A program made the translations under genes and the position numbers. 64,000 nucleotides of DNA from Candidatus Hydrogenedentota bacterium (GTDB lineage Bacteria > Hydrogenedentota > Hydrogenedentia > Hydrogenedentales > SLHB01). Below are positions 30,735 to 41,447 of this stretch, in pieces; position 1 is the first letter of the stretch, and the number at the start of each line of letters is the position of its first letter. The stretch is taken from assembly GCA_029974275.1 (NCBI GenBank), contig JARKSN010000030.1, positions 8,101 to 72,100 of the forward strand, written 5' to 3'. The notes beneath the pieces were generated by a model that had not been told where the DNA came from, made no database searches, and worked only from the letters and a program-made list of their open reading frames with translations.

Positions 30735-31856
30735 ATGCCACTCCAGATTGGGTTCGACATCAGCCCCGTGATCGAAAAACGCACCGGCGTGGGCAACTAC
30801 TGCTATTACCTTCTAAAACACTTGGTGGCGCTCGGGGAAGCGGAGTATGTTGGGTTTGCCTCTGGAACGGCGCGCATTGCGCTGGGGCCGCTCGCCGCTT
30901 CCGTGTCCCAGGTCCACGCGCCTCTTCCCACCCGTGCGCTGTATGGGCTGTGGAACGTCTTGGGATTCCCGGCGGTGGACCGCCTGTTGGGCGGGGTGGA
31001 TGTGTACCACGCCACGAATTTTTACCTCCCCCCAGTGCGGCAGGCCCGGACCGCGCTCACGATCCATGATTTGGCGTTCATGGCCTTGCCCGAGACATGC
31101 AGTCCGAAAATCGTCGGGCCATTTTCGCGAAGCATTCGGCGTTTTGCGCATCGCGCCGACGCGATTTTGGTTTATTCGGAGGCGACCCGACGGGATGTCG
31201 TCCGTTTTTTGGAGGCTCCCGCCGACAAGATAGCGATAGCCCCGATGGCGGTTGACGAGGGGTTTATCCCGATGGATCGTGACGAGGCCGTCGAGTGGGT
31301 CGCGGCGCACTATGGCATACGCCAGCCGTTCCTGCTCTTTGTGAGCACGCTCGAACCTCGCAAAAATGTGCCGGGGCTGCTCCGCGCGTTTGCCAAAGTG
31401 AAAAACCAACTCCCGCATTCTCTCGTGCTGATCGGGTCTGTCGGCTGGAATGCGGACGATATTTTCGAGACGATCGCCGCGTTGCGGATCGAAGACCGCG
31501 TGATTCGTCCCGGGTTCGTGCCGCACATGAAGCTCCCCGCGTTCTACTGCGCCGCCGATGCCTTCGTGTTTCCGACGCTATACGAAGGCTTCGGCCTGCC
31601 GTTGCTCGAGGCCTTGGCGTGCGGGTGCCCCGTCGTGACGGCGGACAACTCCTCCGTGCCCGAGGTGACCGGCGGCGCCGCGCTGATGAGTGCGGCCGAG
31701 GACGAGGACGCCGTGGCCGCCAATATCGTGCGCATCGTGAGCGATTCGGCGTTGCGCGAGGACCTCGTGCATCGGGGGCGCGCGCATGCCCAGCAGTACT
31801 CCTGGCGCGCCTGCGCCGAAAAAACCTTCGCCGTATACCGCGAATTGGCCGGATGA
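30735..31856 (+). CDS. Glycosyltransferase family 4 (mannosyltransferase-like)
   Basis: TGVGNY; TIHDL; STLEPRKN; YEGFGLPLLEALACGCPV. Confidence 0.95.
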   Translation: MPLQIGFDISPVIEKRTGVGNYCYYLLKHLVALGEAEYVGFASGTARIALGPLAASVSQVHAPLPTRALYGLWNVLGFPAVDRLLGGVDVYHATNFYLPPVRQARTALTIHDLAFMALPETCSPKIVGPFSRSIRRFAHRADAILVYSEATRRDVVRFLEAPADKIAIAPMAVDEGFIPMDRDEAVEWVAAHYGIRQPFLLFVSTLEPRKNVPGLLRAFAKVKNQLPHSLVLIGSVGWNADDIFETIAALRIEDRVIRPGFVPHMKLPAFYCAADAFVFPTLYEGFGLPLLEALACGCPVVTADNSSVPEVTGGAALMSAAEDEDAVAANIVRIVSDSALREDLVHRGRAHAQQYSWRACAEKTFAVYRELAG

Positions 31857-31881
31857 TGACCATCCCGGCGGGAGCAACGTC

Positions 31882-32982
31882 ATGCGCGTGTTGTTGAACG
31901 CTTTGCAGGCGGCCAATCGCAGCGGGACGGGCACGTACGTCACGCACCTCGCGCGCTGTTTGCCCGAGGCCGCGCCCGACCTCGAACTGTTCCTCGCTTG
32001 GCCGAAGGACGCCCCGCGCCCGCCACACGCAGCGGACAGCCGCGTCACGTACCTTCCGCGCACGGGCGCGGGTCTTGGGCGATCGCTGTATGAACAGTGG
32101 AGCCTGCGCAACGAAGCGCGACGCCTCCGCGTCGATCGCGTTCATTATCCCAGCACCATCGGGCCGCTGCTGGCGACGTCCAGCCTTGTGTTGACCGTTC
32201 ACGATCTCGCGTATCTCATCGAACCGACGTGGTTTCCGGCGGGGCGTTTGGCCTACCTGCGGGCCGTCGTGCCGAGGGCCGTACGACAGGCGCGACGCAT
32301 CATCGCCGTTTCCCACGCGACCGCGCAGGACCTTCACGAGCGTTTGCGCGTGCCGCTCGATCGCATCGACGTCATTCATGAAGGCGTCGACATGCAACGC
32401 TTTCACGAGACGTCTCCCCAACAACACGCCGCCGCACGCGCGAAGCACCGTTTGCCCGAACGCTATGTTCTTTTTCTTGGAACGCTGGAACCGCGCAAGA
32501 ATCTCGTGCGTTTGATCGATGCGTGGTCGGCGATTGCCGGAGAGTGCCCGTACGATTTGGTGTTGGCAGGACGGGACGGTTGGAAGTGCCAGCCCATCCA
32601 CGACGCGGCAAACCGTTCGCCGCACGCGCCACGCATCCACCGTCCGGGATTCATCGCACCGGAGGACATGGCGGCGGTGATCGGCGGCGCGGTCGCCGTG
32701 GCATTTCCCAGCCTGTACGAAGGCTTCGGGCTGCCCGTGATCGAAGCGATGGCGTGCGGCGTCCCCGTAGTCACGTCGAATCTATCGAGCCTGCCCGAAA
32801 TCGCAGGCGATGCCGCCGTGTTGGTGGACCCGCGGGATCGCGATGCCCTGGCCCATGCGTTGGCGCAGGTAACTTCCGACGTCGCGCTTCGCGACGATTT
32901 GCGCCGGAAAGGACTGGCGCGCGCCGCCGCATTCACCTGGCTTCGCGCCGCCCAGCAGACCGCCCAGGTCTATTCCAGATAA
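31882..32982 (+). CDS. Glycosyltransferase family 4 (mannosyltransferase-like)
   Basis: SGTGTY; TVHDL; GTLEPRKN; YEGFGLPVIEAMACGVPV. Confidence 0.95.
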   Translation: MRVLLNALQAANRSGTGTYVTHLARCLPEAAPDLELFLAWPKDAPRPPHAADSRVTYLPRTGAGLGRSLYEQWSLRNEARRLRVDRVHYPSTIGPLLATSSLVLTVHDLAYLIEPTWFPAGRLAYLRAVVPRAVRQARRIIAVSHATAQDLHERLRVPLDRIDVIHEGVDMQRFHETSPQQHAAARAKHRLPERYVLFLGTLEPRKNLVRLIDAWSAIAGECPYDLVLAGRDGWKCQPIHDAANRSPHAPRIHRPGFIAPEDMAAVIGGAVAVAFPSLYEGFGLPVIEAMACGVPVVTSNLSSLPEIAGDAAVLVDPRDRDALAHALAQVTSDVALRDDLRRKGLARAAAFTWLRAAQQTAQVYSR

Positions 32983-33012
32983 AGCATATCTCTCGGAGGC
33001 TTCGGGCGGCGT

Positions 33013-36000
33013 TCAGAGAAGGCGAAGGGCGGCGTTGATGACGAGTTGGACGTCGAGAGCGTCGATGGAACCGTTGCCATCGACATCGCAATTGAAGCCC
33101 GTCTCCATTTTCAACGCCGCATTGATGACCAACTGGACGTCCAGGGCGTCCCACGCCCCGTCGCCGTTGATGTCGGCCGCTTCGATCAATGTGAGAGATG
33201 CATACTGTTGGTTCACGGCCACGGTCGCGCCGGACTCGGATAGGGCGATCGTGGCAGTTGCGGGGGTGACGAAACGGCCAATGCCAATCACTTCCTTGAA
33301 GAATATCGCGTGCTCGCCGAGGGGCAATTCCACAGCTTCGCCGCTGGGCATCCAGGAACCGTCTCCAACGCGCCACTGGGCTCCGCCAGCAATCGCCGCT
33401 TCGGGACCCAGCGTCACCCGGAGCAGCCCGGTTTGCCGCACATACGTGGCGTGCGTTGCCGTCGCAGGTCCGTCGACAATGTCAACCAGAGTCTCTGGAG
33501 GCGGATTCCATCCTGGCACGGAAGCAAAATCGATCCGATGACTGCCCAACGTTAGATCATCGAGTTGCGCGCCGCTAGGTTGCCATGCTCCCCCGTCAAC
33601 GCGCCACTGCGCGCCCGCTGCGACGGCGTCCTCCGGTCCGATGGTGACAATCAACGATCCGGTGCGTTCGATATACGCGACGGAAAGAAGCGTTTCGGCG
33701 CCGTCGGAAATGGCCGCCGGCATGTCTTGGGGCTCGGTCCAACCCGGCACGGACGCGAACGATACCGTGTGGGAACCTGGAGGTAGCCCGTCGACGCGCG
33801 CGTCAGAGTTTTGCCACGCCCCGCCGTCGACGCGCCACTGCGCGCCTGCGCTGAGGGCGGCCTCGGGGGATATGTGAACGCGCAAACTGCCTTGAGGCGG
33901 CGGAAGGTAGGTGAGCGGCACGGCATTGCTGGTCACGTCTCCCGAGCAAATCACCGTAACGTCCACGCTGCCTTCGGGAAGGGCGGGCGCGGCGACCTGA
34001 ATCTCCGTGTCGGACACAAGGGTGAACGCGGCGACAACGGTTTCGCCGAACAGAACGGCCGTGCAGCCGGTCAGCGCCGATCCCTTGATGACGATGGATT
34101 CGCTTGCGTGGGCGAAAATGGCGTCTGGGGATAGGCTGTCGATCGTCGGCGGCACATCGACGTACAAAAAAGCGTTCTCTAGACGCGCTTCGCCGCCCGC
34201 CGCCAACACCCGGATGTCGGCGGTTCCCGCAGGGAAAGCGGGCGCGACAGCTTCGATAAGCGTCGGGCCCTTGACGTCCACCTGCAGCGCGGGGACGTCG
34301 CCGAAAAAGACCTTCACGGGGGCAAGGAAATTCGTTCCCCATAGGGTGACGCGCGCGCCGCCGCGAACGCTGGACGATGGCGGCGTGGCGAGACGCAGGG
34401 TGGGCGGGGCGGGCGTCGCATCCTGAATGCCTAACAGCACGACGTCGTCGATGTTCCAGCCCGCGCGCGTCTCGATGGAATCGGTTGGGCCCATGCCCCA
34501 TCGGAGATACACCGTCGCCTGTCCGTCGGCCACGGCGGAAATGTTATACGTCACGGACGTCCACGCACTGTCCTGAGCGACGATTCCGTCGTTGCTCCAT
34601 ATCACCGTCCACGTGATGCCGTCGTTGCTCGCTTCGATGTCCGCATAGTCCAATTCGCCCATTTCTGCCGATAGCCAGCGGTAGAACGAAAGCGAAACCT
34701 GCCGATGTCCCGAACAATCCATGGCCGTGGTTGTCAGGTATTCGGTCGATTCCATTCCGTTTGGATACGCTCCGTTCAGGTTGTACCCGAAAAGGGTTGA
34801 TCCCGTGTGTGCGACCAGGGGGTCTCCGCTCAATCCTTGCGGCGATCCGAACATCCACAGCCCCTCGCGGGTCCATTGGGGGTCTGTGTCGAACGGAAAC
34901 GCAACGATCACGCTTTTGTTGATGGTCAACGAAGCGACATGTTGAACGGTTACGCCCGTCAGCAGATTGTTGAACAACACGACGCCTTGATAGGTTCCGG
35001 GCGCAAGCGAGGCGGCCGCGCTTGACAGCGCCACCGTGATCTCGGCCGACTCTCCGGAAGCCAGGACTCCCTGTCCTGGCGTCACGGAAAGCCACTCCGC
35101 TGGGCTGTAGGCTGTCCACGACACCGAGTCTTGTGCGTAGTTCGTGACCGTGTACGTCCGTTCTGACGGCGTGAAGGGTCCTCCTTTCAAGCCGGAACTC
35201 ACGAAGGGGTCGTTGGGCGAAACAAGCCAGTAGTGCTGTTGATCGAAGGTCATGACGGGCCCGGGCTCGCTGATGTTCGCGATATTGAGGTCTGACGAGG
35301 ATCCGTCCCACCAGCGCGTGCTGGGCGACGTCCACGGGCCGCACTCGGCGTATTGGGGAGCCTTCCAAAGGTCCGATGCATCGCCCGCGTTCTGGTTGCG
35401 CTCGAGGTCCCAGCGTCCATCCGCTTGCACAAGGGTCACTTTGTAGTGCCGCGCCGGCGTCATTTGCTGGTAATCGTTGCTGCCGTCCTTGTCGATATGC
35501 CAGATGGCCAGACCGCTGTCGGGCAAGCGTTCGTCTCGCCCGGTTTGGTGACGGTTCTCGATCAAGTAATACTCGCGGTTGTTCGAGGAATTTGCGTATT
35601 TGAAGATTGTTCCTTCGGCTGCGGAAGCCGAGAAAGCCGATCCCGGCGCGTTCAGCAAGACAGGCGTCACCCACCCCGCCTGTTCGCGCAGATACGCGCA
35701 GGGTTTGACGGGCCGCTTCGCGAAGGCGCCGCCCCCCATCAGGCAATACGCGCCGACCCCGCGCGAGTCGGCGTCGTAGTCGTACAAGTCAGGCCATCCG
35801 AAAAGCATATGGCCGTTTTCGTGACAAAACGTGCCGATGCCCAAATCATTCCCCATGTCCGTGATTTGGTACGTCGCGACGTAGACGCCGTCCAATATCG
35901 CAAACGGAGATCCGCTGCGGTTATGCGGCCATAAACCCGCTCCCCAGCCGCTTGTGGCGGTTCCTGCGTACAGCACGTTCACCGCGTCTACGAATCCGTC

Positions 36001-36804
36001 ATGGTTGGCATCGTATGCCGAGAAACTGAAGCCCTGATTGTTGAGCCAATGCAGGGCCTCGACGACGAGTTCCAGCGTCTTGGCGTGGGCGAAATCGGCG
36101 GGGTCGTCATAATACGATTTGGGGCGCGAGGCGCGATAGTAGACGCCGGGCACGTAGTTTGTGTAGGTAAGCAGGCCGCCCGACACATCCCCAAAATAGT
36201 CGCGAACCGACCCCTGGTTGTCATAACCGGAATATCCGGTTTGGTTGCAGAAATCGCGCACTTCCGCAGCGGATACGGTCTGCGGTTCGTCTGAAAAATC
36301 GACGAGCAGGCACAGGCCGTTCACCGTGCCAACGGACGGCAACGAAGAAAAGACATGCGGATATCCGCTCTTGGCGGAGGAGACGGTTTCCCATGCGGCC
36401 CGGGCGGCGCGCGCCTTCGCGGCGGATGATTCGGGCAGAACGCGCAGATGAGGCGTCACTTCGGCACGCTTGGGAGGCGGGTACGACGCCGATATCTCCG
36501 TGGAGACGAGTTCCGTTGCGTCCGCTGACAACCGGGCGTAGCAGATTTCACCGCTGTCCGGGTCGCGAACAAGCGTATAGCCGTCGAGGGATTCAACGAC
36601 TTGGTAGAATTCGTCGCCCCACGCCCGCGTCTGCACCAGGGATCCGCCGGGTTGACGCAACGCCATCGCCTTCCCGAAAACCGGCCCGGCCTCCGCTTCC
36701 GGCGCGGTGAAAAACCACGCCGCAACAACGCCGGCAATTATCAGGAGTTCGCAGATAAGCCGCTTCGGCGCGGCGTTTGGCATCGGAAGTAGTTTATCGG
36801 CCAT
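33013..36804 (-). CDS. Secreted M6 (immune inhibitor A-like) metalloprotease with BACON-like, IPT/TIG and PEGA-like repeats and a C-terminal dockerin-like domain
   Basis: GDEF propeptide; GSVRDYF; CHENGHMLFGWPDLYD; CLMGGG; EYYLIENR; GLAIWHID; three GAQWRV repeats; two DxxGxGxxDALDVQLVINAAL. Confidence 0.9.
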   Translation of the reverse strand: MADKLLPMPNAAPKRLICELLIIAGVVAAWFFTAPEAEAGPVFGKAMALRQPGGSLVQTRAWGDEFYQVVESLDGYTLVRDPDSGEICYARLSADATELVSTEISASYPPPKRAEVTPHLRVLPESSAAKARAARAAWETVSSAKSGYPHVFSSLPSVGTVNGLCLLVDFSDEPQTVSAAEVRDFCNQTGYSGYDNQGSVRDYFGDVSGGLLTYTNYVPGVYYRASRPKSYYDDPADFAHAKTLELVVEALHWLNNQGFSFSAYDANHDGFVDAVNVLYAGTATSGWGAGLWPHNRSGSPFAILDGVYVATYQITDMGNDLGIGTFCHENGHMLFGWPDLYDYDADSRGVGAYCLMGGGAFAKRPVKPCAYLREQAGWVTPVLLNAPGSAFSASAAEGTIFKYANSSNNREYYLIENRHQTGRDERLPDSGLAIWHIDKDGSNDYQQMTPARHYKVTLVQADGRWDLERNQNAGDASDLWKAPQYAECGPWTSPSTRWWDGSSSDLNIANISEPGPVMTFDQQHYWLVSPNDPFVSSGLKGGPFTPSERTYTVTNYAQDSVSWTAYSPAEWLSVTPGQGVLASGESAEITVALSSAAASLAPGTYQGVVLFNNLLTGVTVQHVASLTINKSVIVAFPFDTDPQWTREGLWMFGSPQGLSGDPLVAHTGSTLFGYNLNGAYPNGMESTEYLTTTAMDCSGHRQVSLSFYRWLSAEMGELDYADIEASNDGITWTVIWSNDGIVAQDSAWTSVTYNISAVADGQATVYLRWGMGPTDSIETRAGWNIDDVVLLGIQDATPAPPTLRLATPPSSSVRGGARVTLWGTNFLAPVKVFFGDVPALQVDVKGPTLIEAVAPAFPAGTADIRVLAAGGEARLENAFLYVDVPPTIDSLSPDAIFAHASESIVIKGSALTGCTAVLFGETVVAAFTLVSDTEIQVAAPALPEGSVDVTVICSGDVTSNAVPLTYLPPPQGSLRVHISPEAALSAGAQWRVDGGAWQNSDARVDGLPPGSHTVSFASVPGWTEPQDMPAAISDGAETLLSVAYIERTGSLIVTIGPEDAVAAGAQWRVDGGAWQPSGAQLDDLTLGSHRIDFASVPGWNPPPETLVDIVDGPATATHATYVRQTGLLRVTLGPEAAIAGGAQWRVGDGSWMPSGEAVELPLGEHAIFFKEVIGIGRFVTPATATIALSESGATVAVNQQYASLTLIEAADINGDGAWDALDVQLVINAALKMETGFNCDVDGNGSIDALDVQLVINAALRLL

Positions 36805-36991
36805 GCTCGTCGTAACGGTTACACGTCCGCACAATTGCGCGTATGGTTTCATGTGCTTGCTGCAAAGAATGAAAATCGAACGAGGAAAGCGGTTCGGCGG
36901 CAAGGGATGGCTTGGCGGGCTGTTCCTCGCGGCGTTTCTGAGGGCCGTAGTTGGAATCCGAGTTCCCGTAACGCGTCGCGTCGCTCATCAT
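36794..36991 (-). CDS. Small hypothetical protein (65 aa) upstream of the protease
   Basis: Preceded by AAGGGAGG RBS; stop overlaps the protease start region; no recognisable domain. Confidence 0.35.
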   Translation of the reverse strand: MMSDATRYGNSDSNYGPQKRREEQPAKPSLAAEPLSSFDFHSLQQAHETIRAIVRTCNRYDEHGR

Positions 36992-37305
36992 GTCCCGGCC
37001 CTCCCTTTTCTCAAGGGTAACGGACTTTCACACACATGCCGACCTACGAAAAAACATATCCCTACCAAATGAGGCCACTTGAATTACGGAAAAATGTTCC
37101 ACCCCGCCTGCGGTGCATGGCAAAATGCGTGTACTCCCCCCTCTTGTACTTTTCCGCGTCCCGCAAACCCCGCGCAAAAATCGTGTTTCTTGTTCCTTTC
37201 TCTGTCTCATTATGCCATGATCTCGAAAAATGTGCAACCGATTTCTCGCTTTCCATGCATGCGCCGGGCGTCCTCCCCTGTGTTTGGATGTGGCGATCGC
37301 GCTGG

Positions 37306-38121
37306 TCAGAAGGTCATGATGGCGTTCAGTGCGGTGATCACATGCCGCAACATGGTTTCCCGGCTGTGGGAATATGTCCAGTATTCGGCGGTCAGGGGAC
37401 CGTCGAAACCTACGTCGCCGAGCGCTTCCATAACGGCGGGCCAGTTGACGTCGCCCTCCATGAGCATGACGAAGCCGCCGAGGGTGGCGACGGCAGCGCG
37501 AAAGTCCTTCATGTGAACGGCCCGGATACGGTGGGCCAGGATGCGAATCCAATGTTCGGGATAGCCGTAGGGAATAATGTTGCCGACGTCGACGTAGGCC
37601 CCCACCCACGGGCTCTCGCATTGGTCGATAAAGTCACGCATTTCGGTCGGGCTGAGAAGCAATTTGTTCCATACGTTCTCGACGGCGATGGCGACGGCGG
37701 CGCGTTCAGCATCGGGAAGCAGGGCTTGAACGCCTGCGAGAGCGTTCTCGAGAGCCTCGTCGTATGAGGTGGCCGCGTCAACGACGCCGGGCACGACGAG
37801 CAGGGCTTTCGCGCCGAGCCATCCGCCAATTTGTAGGGCTTTCCGGTTCGATTCAATGCCTTTTGCGCGAACGGCGGGATCGATGGAAGACATGGGGACC
37901 TGCCACCCCATGCCGCTGGCGATGCTGTGCAGCACTATGTCTTCTTTTTCTGCATGACGCCGTATGGCGGTCGCTTCCGCTTCGGTGAGGGTGATGGGGG
38001 TCGGGCCTTGTTCGCCCACGCACAGTTCGAACGCTTGGAAACCCAACCGTTTGGCCCATGAAATGGCCTCAACGGCGGGCATGGCATCGGGAAAAGCCCA
38101 CTGATTGATTCCAGGTTTCAT
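37306..38121 (-). CDS. Sugar phosphate isomerase/epimerase (xylose isomerase-like TIM barrel)
   Basis: LVVPG; AVENVWNKLLLSP; YVDVGN...GYPEHWI; VHMKDF; GDVNWP. Confidence 0.9.
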   Translation of the reverse strand: MKPGINQWAFPDAMPAVEAISWAKRLGFQAFELCVGEQGPTPITLTEAEATAIRRHAEKEDIVLHSIASGMGWQVPMSSIDPAVRAKGIESNRKALQIGGWLGAKALLVVPGVVDAATSYDEALENALAGVQALLPDAERAAVAIAVENVWNKLLLSPTEMRDFIDQCESPWVGAYVDVGNIIPYGYPEHWIRILAHRIRAVHMKDFRAAVATLGGFVMLMEGDVNWPAVMEALGDVGFDGPLTAEYWTYSHSRETMLRHVITALNAIMTF

Positions 38122-38309
38122 TGGTTTCCTCCTTTTGCTTCTCTTTATTTCCATCCGGCGTAATCGAAGCCCGACATACGTTGTTCGACGTTCGATCCGC
38201 TTTTGTTGTTATGGTTCCCCAGAAACCACGAGACAATTGTGTTCCGAAACGATTATCCGAAACGTCCCGCAAAACAACCTGAAGCGCCTGTGGCGATGCG
38301 GCACTCCCG

Positions 38310-40175
38310 CTACTGGGCCGCGAAGACCTCGATCGCGCGCAGGCACGTCTCGCGCCTCATTTCCGGAACCACGATTTCCTGGCCGCCTCCGGGGCGTTTT
38401 CCCGAATCGCTGGTCCGAGTGATATACAAGCGGACCGCTTTCGTCGAAACCGGCGCAAAGATGTGGAGATACTCGAACTCGTTGGGTCGAAAGATGTACT
38501 CTCCGGGGCCGCCGTAGAACTCGATATAGCGTTTTGCGTTTTCCACGGGCGGGATAAGATCGACCCACTTGCCTTCTTTCAGGCATTGCAGCCGGTAATC
38601 GAGGGGAACGCACTCGGTGCTGGGGCGGTTGTACCACTCCGGGGCGCCGGGCTGAAGGTGGATTTCGTCGATGCGCTGCTTTTTCGACCAGTGCAGTTCC
38701 ACCCATGCGGGAAGAGTCTCTAGGGTCAGCACCGGTTGGTTGTAGGGATTCCGAAGGATCAGCGTCGGGGCGTCGTCGCTCGCAGAGGCGATCACCCGAG
38801 CGCCCGCATCGGACATGGCCACGTTGCGCTTATTCGGTTGGGCCGGGCAGTAGACCGACAGTTTTTTTCGAGAGAGGTCTGGGTTGTATTCATTGCGCAG
38901 ACGGGAATCGAAGGGCGCCTCCGCGATCGTCCGGTCGGCGTTTACGGGCGCGTCGCTCGGAGTCCAGCTCACGAGGCCAATATCCAACATGCCAGGTCCT
39001 GGCACGTTGCGGCGCCCTGTGGTATACGCGGTCAGCAGCGAACCGTCCGGCAACAGCACGGTCGATGTCATTTGGCTAAAGCAAGACCAAGCATGGGGTC
39101 CCCTTTTGATGGCCTTCCACCGGTTCAGGATATAGCGGTGGTCCAAGTCCCATGTCTGTCCATTGTCATGGCTGACGACCGCCTCAACGCCGAATTGCAG
39201 GTAGCCGTCCGTAGTCTCGGGATAGCCCTTGCGCACGACGTACGTCATCACGATGTCGCCATTGGGCGTGAGGACCATGCTTGGGTGATGCCGTCCCCAA
39301 TCATAAAGCATTGCCGGGGCGGACCACGTCTCGCCGTTATCTTTGGAGATGGAGACGCCCAAGCCGTCGTAGTTGTCGAGGTTGTTTTTGTGGAATCGCG
39401 TGGGCCAATCGACCCGGCACGCAGCAACCAAGTCGCCGTTCTTAGCCCGGACAAACGCAATCTCGCTGCAGCCGCGCCACTGCGACGGGTTGACGACGTC
39501 GCTCCATGTTCGGCCCATGTCCGTACTGGTGCGCAGTCCCCCGAGGGAGAAGCCGGGCATTGCAGCGCCCTTGTAGGCGAGTTGATCCATGAGATAACCG
39601 CCGAGAAGCAGTCGTTTCACTTCACCACTCGACACATCACGGTCCACGAGCGGCGGGTCCCAGCCAAAGCAATACGTAAAACGGCTGTCGAAAGGAGACG
39701 GAACTGCGGCGCGATCGCTCCACGTTTCGCCATAGTCGGAACTGAACCAACCCCAGAATCCGTCGCTGGTTCCCGAGAACAGGGAGAGCTTGCCATTGCC
39801 CAAGTAGGTAAGGCCGCACCCCATGCCGGTGTCGGGGTTTCCCGATGCGTCCGTGTGGACATATCCGCGCTTCGACCATGTCGCGCCGCGATCGTCGCTT
39901 CGCAGAATCAACGCGCCGCCGCAATCGACGATCATCAACAGACGATCTTTTTCGGGAAGGTAGATGACGTAGGGAACGGACACCACGGTGTTCCAGCTTT
40001 CCGTCATGATCTGCGTTTTTGCGTCAAGTTCCCGCTGCTCGGTCCGACCGTTGAACTGAATGACCCTGTGGGGTTTCCACTGAGCCCACGCGGCGACCGA
40101 CGGAAGGAGAATGATTCCTGAAAGAAATAGAGAGATGCTCAAGAGGCATCTCTTTGCAGCGTTCGCTCTGACCAT
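38310..40175 (-). CDS. Secreted sialidase-like BNR/Asp-box protein with C-terminal F5/8-like beta-sandwich
   Basis: Asp boxes SDDRGATW, SSDYGETW, STDMGRTW, SKDNGETW, SHDNGQTW; signal peptide. Confidence 0.85.
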   Translation of the reverse strand: MVRANAAKRCLLSISLFLSGIILLPSVAAWAQWKPHRVIQFNGRTEQRELDAKTQIMTESWNTVVSVPYVIYLPEKDRLLMIVDCGGALILRSDDRGATWSKRGYVHTDASGNPDTGMGCGLTYLGNGKLSLFSGTSDGFWGWFSSDYGETWSDRAAVPSPFDSRFTYCFGWDPPLVDRDVSSGEVKRLLLGGYLMDQLAYKGAAMPGFSLGGLRTSTDMGRTWSDVVNPSQWRGCSEIAFVRAKNGDLVAACRVDWPTRFHKNNLDNYDGLGVSISKDNGETWSAPAMLYDWGRHHPSMVLTPNGDIVMTYVVRKGYPETTDGYLQFGVEAVVSHDNGQTWDLDHRYILNRWKAIKRGPHAWSCFSQMTSTVLLPDGSLLTAYTTGRRNVPGPGMLDIGLVSWTPSDAPVNADRTIAEAPFDSRLRNEYNPDLSRKKLSVYCPAQPNKRNVAMSDAGARVIASASDDAPTLILRNPYNQPVLTLETLPAWVELHWSKKQRIDEIHLQPGAPEWYNRPSTECVPLDYRLQCLKEGKWVDLIPPVENAKRYIEFYGGPGEYIFRPNEFEYLHIFAPVSTKAVRLYITRTSDSGKRPGGGQEIVVPEMRRETCLRAIEVFAAQ

Positions 40176-40223
40176 GATGAAACATCCTTTTCTGGCAGGC
40201 GCCTTCTCTGCTTTCCGCTTGTG

Positions 40224-41261
40224 CTATTGTTCCGGGTCGGGTTTGGGCTTCTCGATTCGTTCGCCGCGCTTGGGATGCCATTTCTTCCCGTCCGGCGTCA
40301 CCGAAGCCCAGGCATACGTCCCCTTCCGCAAATTGAGCGTAATCAGTTTGCCCCCCTTTGGAAGATGGGGTGTCCCATACGCGATGGAGCCGGTGCAGCG
40401 TCCGTAGACCAGTTCTACGCCGTCCACGACGCCCGAATAATCGTTGATGTGATCATGGCCGCAAAACGTGGCTTTTACCCCGATAGCCCGGAACACCGGC
40501 AATGTCGAGCCGTCCTCGCTCGCCGTGCATGCCTGCTCGCTTCGAAATCCGGTCGCTACCCCAGAAGTCCAGATACCTTCGTATTGCTTTAGCGGAACAT
40601 GGAAGAATGCCATGCGTGGGACCGGTGCTTTGTCGCGTGCCACCAGTGTCTTCATCCATGCCTGCTGCTCCTGACCCATACTGTCCATCTTCGAGTTGAG
40701 ACATACCAGTTGCCACGCCCGCGTGCCATTTGGACGCACGATATCGATCGTGTAATTACCGTCTCCTGCCGCGCCGCGGTAAAGCGAATTCCTGGCCGCA
40801 GCGAGTTCTTTGTGGGCGGCGGGATAGTCGGACACGCGGTCGTGGTTGCCCCAGACAAAAGCCCAAGGCACACCCAGTTTCTCGAACCTCGAGATGGCGT
40901 ACCGCATATAGTGCACGCCCAGTTCATCCTCGTTTTCCGGCCAGACATCCCCGGTGACCATAAGCAGATCGGGCTTGGTCTGGGCGATCAGTATCTCCAT
41001 CATCAGGTTCGTTTCCGCGCATCGCAGCTCCGGGCGAATCTTGCCTTCCTCCTCGTAGAATGCGTAGTGAAGGTCGGTGACTTGCAGAATGCGGAAAGAA
41101 CCGCTTTCGGGCGCGGCGGTCGCGCACACATTTCCGTCGTCTTTCTCTGGGACGATAGTCACTCCAGCGGCATATGCGTGTTGTCCCGGTTGGAAGCAGG
41201 ATAATGCGACCAGCGCCAAGCACAACGCTCCCCAGAAATGGACTTGTATTCGTTTTGACAT
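40224..41261 (-). CDS. Secreted calcineurin-like metallophosphoesterase
   Basis: QVTDLH; VTGD; GNHD; FFHVP; CGHDH.ND. Confidence 0.92.
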   Translation of the reverse strand: MSKRIQVHFWGALCLALVALSCFQPGQHAYAAGVTIVPEKDDGNVCATAAPESGSFRILQVTDLHYAFYEEEGKIRPELRCAETNLMMEILIAQTKPDLLMVTGDVWPENEDELGVHYMRYAISRFEKLGVPWAFVWGNHDRVSDYPAAHKELAAARNSLYRGAAGDGNYTIDIVRPNGTRAWQLVCLNSKMDSMGQEQQAWMKTLVARDKAPVPRMAFFHVPLKQYEGIWTSGVATGFRSEQACTASEDGSTLPVFRAIGVKATFCGHDHINDYSGVVDGVELVYGRCTGSIAYGTPHLPKGGKLITLNLRKGTYAWASVTPDGKKWHPKRGERIEKPKPDPEQ

Positions 41262-41447
41262 ATTTGCGTCTCCCGAAGTTAGCGGTCATCTTTCATCATG
41301 TTGTCTTTTCGTTACTCCGTGCGTCTGGAACAGTTTACGTTGTTAGGACGAAAATTGCCAGGAACCGGAAATCTTCGGCCCCCGGGAAGTAAGGGCCATC
41401 GTGGTTTTTTTACAAAATATGGGGCTGGGGCTGAAAAAAACACTTTC

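Noticed and set aside
38240-38265. CCGAAACG direct repeat upstream of the sugar isomerase
   Set aside because: Too short to support as an operator without comparative data.
41419-41432. TGGGG repeats as MraZ boxes
   Set aside because: Only two copies, spacing differs from the known pattern, and no mraZ is present.
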